A DNA stretch of 38,762 bases. It comes from a virus (Duplodnaviria; Caudoviricetes). The notes beneath the pieces are model-generated. The model saw only the letters and a program-made list of their open reading frames with translations, was not told the DNA's origin and made no database searches. The position numbers were made by a program, and so were the translations under genes. Of this stretch, positions 9,857 to 18,321 are shown piece by piece. Within the stretch, counting starts at the first letter, position 1, and each line of letters opens with the position of its first letter. Location: the IMG/VR virus record IMGVR_UViG_3300012942_000022, positions 1 through 38,762 of that record, one strand, 5' to 3'.

Positions 9857-12800
9857 TTATTTCTTTCCTATCGGGGCAATATCGAATAAGACATCCTCTA
9901 TTTCCGGTCCCTGATTCTCGCTCACCGTCAAGCCAATTCGTAGTTGAGGGTTCGCCATATCCTTTACGGATGGGGTCTTAAGCGAAACCAGCTTGCGCAT
10001 CGAGTCGGTACGGACATCCATAGTCGCGTAATTCTCCTCATATACCTTCTTCACCCCAAGAGTGATGCCTGCGCTCTCCGGAAGAGAGAAAAACGGAACC
10101 AGCACGTCAGCCAGTGTTTTAAGCTGGTGCCGCACATCCGCTGCAGTCAGCTGCATGGTCTCAATGTATGCACCGGCATACTTTGCCGTATAGTCGAGCT
10201 TCGCAATGCCAACGTCGGAGCTATCCTGATAAGAAGCCCACATATCGTCGCCATCCACATGAATCGCGCCGATACTCACCCCCGTGAAGACATCGCTTGG
10301 AATTGGGAAATCGAGCGACATGGCTACTGTGTAGCCGGGAGAGTACTTGCCGAAACCATAGATACCCTGTGGGATGGGGTCGCCAGAGACGTTTGTGAGG
10401 CCGAATAGCGGGATATTATTGAGGAATCCTATAGCGTTGTGGTTCACTCGTACCTTTCCCCTATTCGCGCCAGGAATGCGCTGTGAGACCTCGTTCTCCG
10501 AGCCATTATAGAAATACATCGTTCCCTTCTCCCCAGCGAACACATATACGTAATTATCGTCCGGCAAGAAAGCGGTCACGCCGCCTTTTTCGAAGACTTC
10601 ATCCTGAGCGCTCCAGCTATCCGACTGCGTATCCCAACGGAGAACGCGGCCATAATTGGCAATCATGGTGCCGATAAGAAGATCTGTATCGAATGGCCGG
10701 AGCGCGGTAATGATCTCTGATCCCTCTACATTCAGGTTCGTCTCGCGGGTAAATACACCGCTCACGTCCACCTCAGCAATCACCTTCCCATCGCCGATGA
10801 ATAAAGAGAGGTTCTGCCTTGCTAGAGGGTGGTATGCCGCATTCCCGTTCTTGAATGCTCCGACGCTGACGATCTTCCCGCTCCAGTCCCCAACCACATC
10901 GGCAGCCTTGATGTAAAAGAGCATCTTCTCAGTCGTGAAATACACACGCTCTTCGGGATTCGTCTCGCTCTCCGCTTCAGAAACGGATGTGTTCAGGAGT
11001 CGCATTTGAAGTTCGACCTCAAAATCTCCAGCCGTTATCGCATTTATAGCCGAGACAGACCGGCTGCGTACCGGAGTCACCACATACCGGTTCTGTTGCC
11101 TGTTCCAATTGAGTGAGGCGAGATCATTAACGCTTACATTCACGGAGTACTTAATCCCGGCGCGCACGGTAAAGGCTGTGAAAGTGAATCGAACCATCGT
11201 CTCTGAATAGCCAATATCCCCCTCGGCTATAGCTACCGTGCTTGTTGCCATGACCGTGCCGGCATCGTCTTTTACTTCCAACGTGAGAGAATAACCGCCA
11301 TTGAGCCCCATACCCTCTCGGAACTTGACCTCGACAGCGTCCATTTCCGTATCGTGAGGGAGCACGAATGGCTGCGTCGCGGTATCGCGTCCGTCATATC
11401 CGGACGTGACGGCAATCGCGTCAGAGAGGATAAGCGAGTCTTCCGCAACGGCGTCTAGAGCTATACCGTTCTGGCCAATATCCGGATAATCTTGTATATC
11501 AATTGTGATATTGTCTCCAGCTTTTGAAGTCAAGCGGCCGCGCACTGTCGATGTATGGTGACCCGTATCCCATGCACGCGCATAGGCGGGAGTGTTAGTG
11601 AATACCGACGAGTCGACGAACATATCGTCGTCTCCGGCGATATTACTTAAGCTCGTCTCTCCAGAATCTGGAAAGATAGATGTAGTTCCGCTTCCGATAT
11701 GTTCAGTGACTCCAACGGAGTCGAACAATGTATCTGACTTTGCAAGCGTCTCTACGTTAGGCGAAAATACTTCTGCTGAAAGAATATCTGTGCTCCCTCC
11801 GTCGACGAATTCATAACGCATGACGGATGGAGAATCCGTATCCGTACCTGTCTCGATTCCGAGATAACCGTACTTGTCGGTCAGGAAGAGACTCCTGGCT
11901 GATGCCGTATTTTGGAAGTCGCCCGTGTACAGGGAATTATCGTGGAGCTCCGCGCTTTCCAGGTCATAATCTGTAAAAGTGTATTGGCGAACCTTGTCAT
12001 CTCCTACTAGGCACATCCGGTCCGCTTCAATTGCGAACCCTTTTGCTTCGGGAAATGAGAAAGTGTCTACAAACAGCGGCGTAGCGACATCTGCGGTATA
12101 GCTGAAGGTTCCCGATGTCGTCCACGTAATTACCGTCTCATCATCAACAGTATTCACGGTCCCTCCGGTTTGCGAATAGGATACTAGCGCCGTCTTGAAT
12201 CGCAGAGCAACAACTCCAGCAGCGCCCTTTCCTCCCGTCATACTGCCGCTTCCACCGCTTTCTCCACTCCTACCACCCTGCCCACCCTGACCTACGCTTG
12301 TAGCATCTGCTCCATTTCCGAACGTTGTTCTAGCGGTTTGAGCAGGTGAATACGTTTCCAACGTTCCAGTTATATCGCTTTCCAACGCGACACCACCGCC
12401 ATTGCTGGTATTGCCGCCGGAATCTCCAACAGTTCCACCGGCAATTTCAGTACTTCCTCCAACGACTGCTCCCGCGTTCCCCCACGCTTGATCCTGGCTA
12501 TTGTCGTCCTCTAGACTTTCGCGCGAGCCGCCGCCAGACGAGCCGCCGTCTCCGCCTCTATTGACGGCTGTTTCCTCTCCGAGCACATCGCTTATCATGG
12601 CGCCTCCATACCCGCCGCCTTTTGCCGTCTTTCCGAATGCGGACGTGTCACCGCCATTCGTGCCGTGATTATCTCCTGCTGCTGTAGTAGATGCGCCCTG
12701 CCCCACCGTAATCGAATACGTATTGCTAGGCGTAAGCGACTCGTTAAAGAACTCTGCAGCATTGCCTGCACCCCCGCAGCCCCCACGCTTCCAACGTCCA

Positions 12801-13582
12801 GAAGTTGTACCGAATGAAGCAGTAGCTCCTCCCGATGCGCCACCGCCTACGACGAGCATTCTAAACACAGGGTATTCGCCTCCGAACGCCTCTGACAGCG
12901 AAAATTCGTGTACCGTCCCGTCTCGGCCGAGAATGAACAATCCGCTTCCGTCATCCTTAAACGCAAGGTCCTGGGCGTCAGTGACTTTACTTGAAATATC
13001 CCAATTCGCTACCTGAACCATGGAGGAAATATCTCCATCTTGGATTCGGTACAGGACAACTGAATCATATGAGAGCGCAAAGATTGCATCTTTTCGTATC
13101 CAAAATGACACAGCATCGAGAGTTTTCGTGGTTGCCAGAGTCGCGGTGCTTGGATCATATGGCTCGGAAAGAGAGTACTGATAGAACTTAGCGAGAGACT
13201 GGTTTAATACATACAGCTTGCGCCCGTCTTCATTCAGGCGCACAACAGAGCTCGGGTTGCCGAGTGTCGCAACAGATGGCGTAGAGAACATAAGGTCCCT
13301 ATCCAGCATCGTAAGGGTGAGTTTCTTAGAGAATATCCCAGCGTCATCCAGAAAGATTTTATTGTCGCCAAACCAAAGCTTCTTTCCGTCAGAAAGCGCC
13401 GCTTTTGATTTGCAGAGCACATCCACTACACTCGCAGACACTTTCGTGAGTTTCTGTTGTACCTTGATCTTCCCTGGCTCCGTCCTGAAGTCGACACCGA
13501 CGATGCGGTACACAGCCCCCTTAACGCCTGAAAACGCGCTGTCTGCGAGTCCTTTAACGCCTGATTCAAAGATACTTATCAT
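9857..13582 (-). CDS. Large tail structural protein (beta-rich; nozzle/stabilisation-protein position) with inserted Gly-rich domain
   Basis: 1241 aa, follows the adaptor-like gene; beta-propeller-like segments plus an LVVGGGASGG...GAAGVVALRF Gly-rich module. Confidence 0.6.
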   Translation of the reverse strand: MISIFESGVKGLADSAFSGVKGAVYRIVGVDFRTEPGKIKVQQKLTKVSASVVDVLCKSKAALSDGKKLWFGDNKIFLDDAGIFSKKLTLTMLDRDLMFSTPSVATLGNPSSVVRLNEDGRKLYVLNQSLAKFYQYSLSEPYDPSTATLATTKTLDAVSFWIRKDAIFALSYDSVVLYRIQDGDISSMVQVANWDISSKVTDAQDLAFKDDGSGLFILGRDGTVHEFSLSEAFGGEYPVFRMLVVGGGASGGATASFGTTSGRWKRGGCGGAGNAAEFFNESLTPSNTYSITVGQGASTTAAGDNHGTNGGDTSAFGKTAKGGGYGGAMISDVLGEETAVNRGGDGGSSGGGSRESLEDDNSQDQAWGNAGAVVGGSTEIAGGTVGDSGGNTSNGGGVALESDITGTLETYSPAQTARTTFGNGADATSVGQGGQGGRSGESGGSGSMTGGKGAAGVVALRFKTALVSYSQTGGTVNTVDDETVITWTTSGTFSYTADVATPLFVDTFSFPEAKGFAIEADRMCLVGDDKVRQYTFTDYDLESAELHDNSLYTGDFQNTASARSLFLTDKYGYLGIETGTDTDSPSVMRYEFVDGGSTDILSAEVFSPNVETLAKSDTLFDSVGVTEHIGSGTTSIFPDSGETSLSNIAGDDDMFVDSSVFTNTPAYARAWDTGHHTSTVRGRLTSKAGDNITIDIQDYPDIGQNGIALDAVAEDSLILSDAIAVTSGYDGRDTATQPFVLPHDTEMDAVEVKFREGMGLNGGYSLTLEVKDDAGTVMATSTVAIAEGDIGYSETMVRFTFTAFTVRAGIKYSVNVSVNDLASLNWNRQQNRYVVTPVRSRSVSAINAITAGDFEVELQMRLLNTSVSEAESETNPEERVYFTTEKMLFYIKAADVVGDWSGKIVSVGAFKNGNAAYHPLARQNLSLFIGDGKVIAEVDVSGVFTRETNLNVEGSEIITALRPFDTDLLIGTMIANYGRVLRWDTQSDSWSAQDEVFEKGGVTAFLPDDNYVYVFAGEKGTMYFYNGSENEVSQRIPGANRGKVRVNHNAIGFLNNIPLFGLTNVSGDPIPQGIYGFGKYSPGYTVAMSLDFPIPSDVFTGVSIGAIHVDGDDMWASYQDSSDVGIAKLDYTAKYAGAYIETMQLTAADVRHQLKTLADVLVPFFSLPESAGITLGVKKVYEENYATMDVRTDSMRKLVSLKTPSVKDMANPQLRIGLTVSENQGPEIEDVLFDIAPIGKK

Positions 13583-14313
13583 AGAAGTCCTAGAGCCCTA
13601 TTGCTGCGTGCAAGGGTGATATTCTGCGGCGCATCGTCGCGCTCCTGATATGCGAGCGCAAGTGCATTTAGGAGTCCTGAACCTTCGATGCCACGACGAG
13701 GCTCGATGCCGATTTTGTCGCTTACTTTCTTTGCCTGCTCATCCGGACCGTTTATTTCCAGGTAATCGAGTGCGGGGCCAAGCGCACCAAGCTCTTCGAA
13801 TGTAGAGTCAAAGCCGACTTCCTTATCCTCATCATCCGGCGTGAAATGGGTAGCGCCAGCCTGAAACTGCACCTCAATGCCGTCTGTTTGCGAATAGTTG
13901 GGAACGCCAGCAAGGAAAAGAGAGTTGCCGAGCAGGTAATAGAAGCAGATCTCGGAGCTTATGAGTTCAGCATCCGAGACTGCGCGGCGGTCGCGTTTCT
14001 CGAGCGTATAGAAAATGCCTTCACGATCCTTTATGCGCACGCGCGCAATCTTCAGCCATGGCGTAGAGAGCGGATATTCGGACGTTCCGTCTGCAAGATC
14101 CTTCATGGAATCAATGAGGGTTCCGGTAGCGTTCTTATCCTGCCACTTCCAGTCAACGTCATTGCGGAGCACAATAGCCGTTATCTTGTTCACCCATACG
14201 TTGAGCGACTGAATGAAGTCCTCGAACGGGAAGTTAACGCTATCCGCGCGCGCCCACCGAAGCGCGAGCGCATAGAGGCTGTTATAGGTGTTTGCATCGT
14301 CCTTGAGAATCAT
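13579..14313 (-). CDS. Putative head-tail adaptor / tail tubular-like protein
   Basis: Start MILKDDANTY overlaps the upstream stop (ATGA); 244 aa; position between capsid and tail genes. Confidence 0.55.
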   Translation of the reverse strand: MILKDDANTYNSLYALALRWARADSVNFPFEDFIQSLNVWVNKITAIVLRNDVDWKWQDKNATGTLIDSMKDLADGTSEYPLSTPWLKIARVRIKDREGIFYTLEKRDRRAVSDAELISSEICFYYLLGNSLFLAGVPNYSQTDGIEVQFQAGATHFTPDDEDKEVGFDSTFEELGALGPALDYLEINGPDEQAKKVSDKIGIEPRRGIEGSGLLNALALAYQERDDAPQNITLARSNRALGLL

Positions 14314-14612
14314 ATGCTGGTCTTTGATACGAGCACGTCTCGCAAGCGCGCTGTAAGGACTGATAATCCTTCGACTCCGAGGTATCCACCGGCGGCCGTG
14401 AATGCAAGCGATGCATACCCTGGAGAAATGAATATGAGTGCCACGAGACCGAATACCACACCAGAGAAGGAAGAAACAATAGTCAGGATGACAATATCCA
14501 TCCATACTTTTGTCTCACCCTTCTGGTGCTTCACTAATGCGTGAACGACACCGCCAAATAGAGCAAGGGCCGCATGTGCCATTAATTGATTTGTCTGCGG
14601 CAGTTCGTTCAT
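14310..14612 (-). CDS. Putative holin (multi-TM, LydA-like)
   Basis: 100 aa with hydrophobic segments (ALALFGGVVHAL; IVSSFSGVVFGL; AAGGYLGVEGL) and a basic tail. Confidence 0.65.
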   Translation of the reverse strand: MNELPQTNQLMAHAALALFGGVVHALVKHQKGETKVWMDIVILTIVSSFSGVVFGLVALIFISPGYASLAFTAAGGYLGVEGLSVLTARLRDVLVSKTSI

Positions 14613-14622
14613 AGGTCCCACG

Positions 14623-14946
14623 TTAATACGCCTTACGAGCCGCGTAATAGCTGATATTAAGCACTGCGTCGGTATCGCCCGAACGGATAGCCTTGAATTG
14701 GTCGATCTGCGCGTTAGAAGCCAGTTCTATACGACTTGTCGCTGCGAATGGCATGCCCGCGGAAGAAGTCGGGGCTGCTCCATCGTCGCGAGCACGAATC
14801 GGCTGGCTTTCGACCACAACCACCGCTGATGTGGCGCCTTGCGGGATACCGCCGGTCGCTGACGAAAGGCCGATTGCGGAATCGGAAACCGTAAGCTGGC
14901 GATAGCCCATCGGTTTTCGGTCTGCAGGATAGGTTCCGGTGAACAT
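14623..14946 (-). CDS. Small virion structural protein (possible head decoration)
   Basis: 107 aa, beta-rich, directly after the capsid gene. Confidence 0.55.
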   Translation of the reverse strand: MFTGTYPADRKPMGYRQLTVSDSAIGLSSATGGIPQGATSAVVVVESQPIRARDDGAAPTSSAGMPFAATSRIELASNAQIDQFKAIRSGDTDAVLNISYYAARKAY

Positions 14947-14985
14947 AGAAAGGTAATTTAGTGCTAAAGGCGAGGCGTTCCCGTC

Positions 14986-15018
14986 CTCGCGCCCGCCCCC
15001 ATAAAGGGGCAGGGCGAG
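14986..15018 (-). other. GC-rich hairpin after the capsid gene (mRNA end/stabiliser)
   Basis: CTCGCGCCCGCCCC-CATAAA-GGGGCAGGGCGAG; no clear U-tract. Confidence 0.5.
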
Positions 15019-15030
15019 AACACGACGATT

Positions 15031-16230
15031 CTAATAACCAGAGGCATCCACAACGGTAGGCACAGTCATGTACTGGCCGTCGGTAAACGTCTTTGAGTTA
15101 TGGAGCGTCACGCCGGAAAGACGAGTGAAGTGGGCTTCACCGGTCATCGGCTTCGGACGCGACATCTCAAGACCATCATCGAGCTGAAGGGCGAGATCAG
15201 TCGCACCGACAGCCGTGAAGAAGATGCTCTTCACCTGCGCGCTCCACTTGTTGCTGGTAGACGTGAAGGAGGATGCCGTACCGACATCACCGAATCCAGT
15301 GAAGGAGATCACGCCCGAGGCGTTGGTACCAGCAACGCGACGGTTACGACGGAGATGCATCTTATCGGTAAGTCCGAGATCGATGTAATCCGTGCCAACC
15401 GTGCCGGTGCCTGCGATAGCTGCGAGCAGGTTATCTGCCGTAGCAGATGCGCTCGCGCCAATCTTCACCTGGCCTGCAGTCGTCCCAAGAGACGTCTTGA
15501 ACGTGAACGTCGTCTTATTGACGGTCACGGTATCGCCATCGGTCGGATTCGCGCCGATCGTGAGAGTTGCCTTCCAAGGAAGGTTGTTGCTCTTCACGAG
15601 GAGCGCATCCATGAACTGACGCGCCGGGAATCCGTTGACGAACGTTGCATCGCCAAGCTTCGATTCACGGCTCGCGGTTGCACGCTCGATTGCACGGTAT
15701 TCACGCGGACCGATAAGGAGAACACGCTGCAGGTCGTCAACATCAGAAGTGTCAACGAGTCCGAGGCCTTCCTCGACGACATCGAGGATATTTGACCCGG
15801 AGAAATCCACCGGATCTGAATCAGAACCGATAGTGTTGATACCAACGATATTGCTTACCCAGCGCTTCTCAATGGAATCCTTCATCGCACGTCCGAGGTC
15901 GTCGCCGTAGCGAGCTTCGAGGTCCTGATCGCGAAGCTGTGCCTTCTCCGTATCATCAATGTTGATATGGATAGACTCCGCATGCGACGCACGGTCTACG
16001 ATGAGCTCCTCGTTCTCAGTAGCGACGTTCTGGGAACTGGCAGTAGCCGTAAGAGGCGTGTACTGCTGCATCTGAGAGAAACCAATAATCGGCTTGTGAT
16101 ACTTGCGACCACCCTGCACTTTGAGCGCATCTCCCGGCTCGCGGTTAGCGAGCGAGAGTGCAAGATTGTTCACGAACAATTTACGCTGCGCTCGTGCGTA
16201 AATTTGCTTCACCATGTTGTCATCAATCAT
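15031..16230 (-). CDS. Major capsid protein (HK97-fold expected) with an inserted domain
   Basis: 399 aa directly after a scaffold-like gene and downstream of the portal; insertion ~WKATLTIGANPTDGDTVTVN...NKWS. Confidence 0.7.
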   Translation of the reverse strand: MIDDNMVKQIYARAQRKLFVNNLALSLANREPGDALKVQGGRKYHKPIIGFSQMQQYTPLTATASSQNVATENEELIVDRASHAESIHINIDDTEKAQLRDQDLEARYGDDLGRAMKDSIEKRWVSNIVGINTIGSDSDPVDFSGSNILDVVEEGLGLVDTSDVDDLQRVLLIGPREYRAIERATASRESKLGDATFVNGFPARQFMDALLVKSNNLPWKATLTIGANPTDGDTVTVNKTTFTFKTSLGTTAGQVKIGASASATADNLLAAIAGTGTVGTDYIDLGLTDKMHLRRNRRVAGTNASGVISFTGFGDVGTASSFTSTSNKWSAQVKSIFFTAVGATDLALQLDDGLEMSRPKPMTGEAHFTRLSGVTLHNSKTFTDGQYMTVPTVVDASGY

Positions 16231-16267
16231 GACAATGTTGGTTAGTGAAGCCGGTTATGGCTTTAGC

Positions 16268-16891
16268 TTATGCCTGGGAAGTGAGCCACTCGTTATATTC
16301 CTTCTGACCGTCAGCGGTAATCATGAACTTCGGATCAGTGAACTTCGATGGCATGGAGTCTCCTCCATCTTTACCTCCCCTGCCGGAACCGGCTCCATTG
16401 TTTGCGGCCTCTTGCGCCTTCGCTTCCGCTGCTTCCTTCTCTATCAAATGAACGATATAGGAGTCTTTGGTAGCTTTGCGCGCGGAAACGCCATTGAGCT
16501 TTGCGATCTTACGAATCTCAGACTTGAGATCGTCAGAGTAATCGGAATCCTCCAAAAACTCTTCATCGAAGCGCGCGGCAATCTGTGCTTCCGTCTGCTT
16601 GCCTTCATCAGCATCAGGCTTTCCAGCTTCCTGCTGAGTCTGAGGCTTCGGTGCGTTTGCCTTATCTCGCCATTTAATTTTCTGGCTGATGGCACCGGAG
16701 AGCTTCTTACGGCTTTCCTTTTCGCGAGCGACGAGCTTATCAAGGTACCCCTTGTGATCTTCGTTATCTTCAGAGAGACCTAATTCTGAAGCGAACGATG
16801 AACGGATCTCGTCTTCCTTAGCTTCTGCAAGCGCCTCCTGATCCATCTGGATCTCCTCCGGAGTGGGAGTGTTGTTGTTTTCTGGGTCCAT
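16268..16891 (-). CDS. Capsid scaffolding protein
   Basis: 207 aa, acidic, coiled-coil, Gly-rich linker near the C-terminus, immediately upstream of the capsid gene. Confidence 0.7.
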   Translation of the reverse strand: MDPENNNTPTPEEIQMDQEALAEAKEDEIRSSFASELGLSEDNEDHKGYLDKLVAREKESRKKLSGAISQKIKWRDKANAPKPQTQQEAGKPDADEGKQTEAQIAARFDEEFLEDSDYSDDLKSEIRKIAKLNGVSARKATKDSYIVHLIEKEAAEAKAQEAANNGAGSGRGGKDGGDSMPSKFTDPKFMITADGQKEYNEWLTSQA

Positions 16892-16932
16892 AGGACAAGT
16901 GTTTCTTTCCCGTAGGGATTAAGCATCTAAAG

Positions 16933-17017
16933 CCGTTCATGGAACGGGGGCGGAGACGGACGTAATCTTGCGGAAAACCGTCAGTCTCCATCCCCGTTCA
17001 ACGAGGCCGCAAGATTA
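16933..17017 (-). ncRNA. Structured cis-RNA (pseudoknot/switch) in the leader of the scaffold-capsid genes
   Basis: 17007-17017 is perfectly complementary to 16963-16973 (11 bp). 16979-16999 pairs with 16942-16962 (19/21 including one GU). Interleaved order A, B, A*, B*. Confidence 0.6.
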
Positions 17018-17098
17018 GGAGTGAAAGGGGCGTGTGTCGATCGTTAACAGGACAGTATTGATCTGAGAAGGTACATGCGGGCAGCCGCGATTCAGTAG

Positions 17099-17413
17099 CT
17101 ACTGAATCTCCACCCGCAAACCAGCACGACTTGAGACGAACTCTTCAGCAAGGCTCTGGAAATCCTTACCATGCACTTCTAGGGAGTACGTGCGGACGAC
17201 TGCATCATTGCGTCCGTATACGACCGCTTCCGTTGCGGTGCCTTTCTTTGGTTCCGTATCTTCGGGAACCTTACTGCCATCAGCCGTCGCTGCGGCACCA
17301 GCCTCTTCAGGAGTGCGTCCTTCGCCAGGGAGAACTGGGGCTGTTTCCTCAGACGGAGCTGCATCAGCCTCTTCAGGCTTCGGCTCTTCTGCTGGTTTAG
17401 TAGTTCGTGCCAT
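17099..17413 (-). CDS. Hypothetical protein (acidic/Pro-rich N-terminus)
   Basis: 104-aa ORF downstream of a late-promoter motif. Confidence 0.7.
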   Translation of the reverse strand: MARTTKPAEEPKPEEADAAPSEETAPVLPGEGRTPEEAGAAATADGSKVPEDTEPKKGTATEAVVYGRNDAVVRTYSLEVHGKDFQSLAEEFVSSRAGLRVEIQ

Positions 17414-17442
17414 ACATGATTAATTACGCTTTGTATGCAAAA

Positions 17443-17486
17443 ACTATATAAAAACCGTTCATCATTCCTTCAAAAATATTCCGACA
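17443..17486 (-). promoter_or_regulatory. Putative late promoter: TGTCGGAATATTT-N25-TATAGT
   Basis: Motif copy; shares TTTTATATAGTTTTTGCAT with the 1664 copy. Confidence 0.8.
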
Positions 17487-17488
17487 AA

Positions 17489-17743
17489 TCAAATCATTCC
17501 GAGCTTCTTGAGCGACTCTTTCTGGCGGTCAGTGACAGGAGACGGATCGTACTGGAATGGTTCCAATATTTTTAGGATTATCTGCACTGCATACTTGCGT
17601 CCTCGCGCAGCTTTCTCGTGGTCATCAGTATCGGGAATGAGCAAACAGCTATCAAGCGCCTCTACGCAGTCATGGAGGTGCGCTTCGAGAGCTTGCCATT
17701 CTGGAAGGCCTTTCAGCCGATCTACTTGCGCGGGCGTGATCAT
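17489..17743 (-). CDS. Hypothetical protein (post-portal)
   Basis: 84-aa ORF, ATGA-coupled to the upstream gene. Confidence 0.7.
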   Translation of the reverse strand: MITPAQVDRLKGLPEWQALEAHLHDCVEALDSCLLIPDTDDHEKAARGRKYAVQIILKILEPFQYDPSPVTDRQKESLKKLGMI

Positions 17744-17970
17744 AGTTCAAATTTCTTAATTTCCTGGTAAATCTCCCTGTACGATGCGAGCTTCGTTTCA
17801 AGGTATCGGTCATCAAGCTCGTTCAGCCGATTCTGAAGTTCTTCGATGAGGAACAGCACACGTTCCTTCTTTGCGGGAGCCATTGGCGTTGCCAGCCATA
17901 GATCTATACTTTGCGCGAGTTCGTCGAGTTCCTTTTTCTTGTTCGTAAATTCCTTCTGTCCAATCGCCAT
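17740..17970 (-). CDS. Hypothetical helical protein
   Basis: 76-aa ORF in a packed operon. Confidence 0.65.
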   Translation of the reverse strand: MAIGQKEFTNKKKELDELAQSIDLWLATPMAPAKKERVLFLIEELQNRLNELDDRYLETKLASYREIYQEIKKFEL

Positions 17971-17972
17971 AT

Positions 17973-18137
17973 TTAGATATTTATGACTAAGTTAAGTAGA
18001 CGCTTCCACACCCAGAACGGGCACCATCGAGGGCGTGGGTTCACCATACGGAACAGTTCCGATGCGGCGATGCGGGCAGCAGCGCGTGTATTCTTGGCCT
18101 GCGCCATCTGCATCTTTCTGAGGGTCTTTTTCTTCAT
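17973..18137 (-). CDS. Small basic hypothetical protein
   Basis: MKKKTLRKMQMAQAKNTRAAARIAASELFRMVNPRPRWCPFWVWKRLLNLVINI (54 aa); ATGA-coupled and fills the gap exactly; below the ORF-track cutoff. Confidence 0.6.
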   Translation of the reverse strand: MKKKTLRKMQMAQAKNTRAAARIAASELFRMVNPRPRWCPFWVWKRLLNLVINI

Positions 18138-18319
18138 ACGCCTATACGTCGTTTAGTGCTTTCAATTCGCTTCTCTTCTTGTTTGATCCGTTCGCGTTTC
18201 GCTATCTCATCAGGATTCGTCATACGGTCGAGGATGCGCTCTGTCGTTGCGACTTCGTCCATGTCCAGGTGTGCATCCGTCTTTTGCATGTTGGGAATGG
18301 AAAATCCGTTCTCTTCCAT
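18134..18319 (-). CDS. Hypothetical protein
   Basis: 61-aa ORF starting 2 nt after the portal stop. Confidence 0.6.
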   Translation of the reverse strand: MEENGFSIPNMQKTDAHLDMDEVATTERILDRMTNPDEIAKRERIKQEEKRIESTKRRIGV

Positions 18320-18321
18320 AT

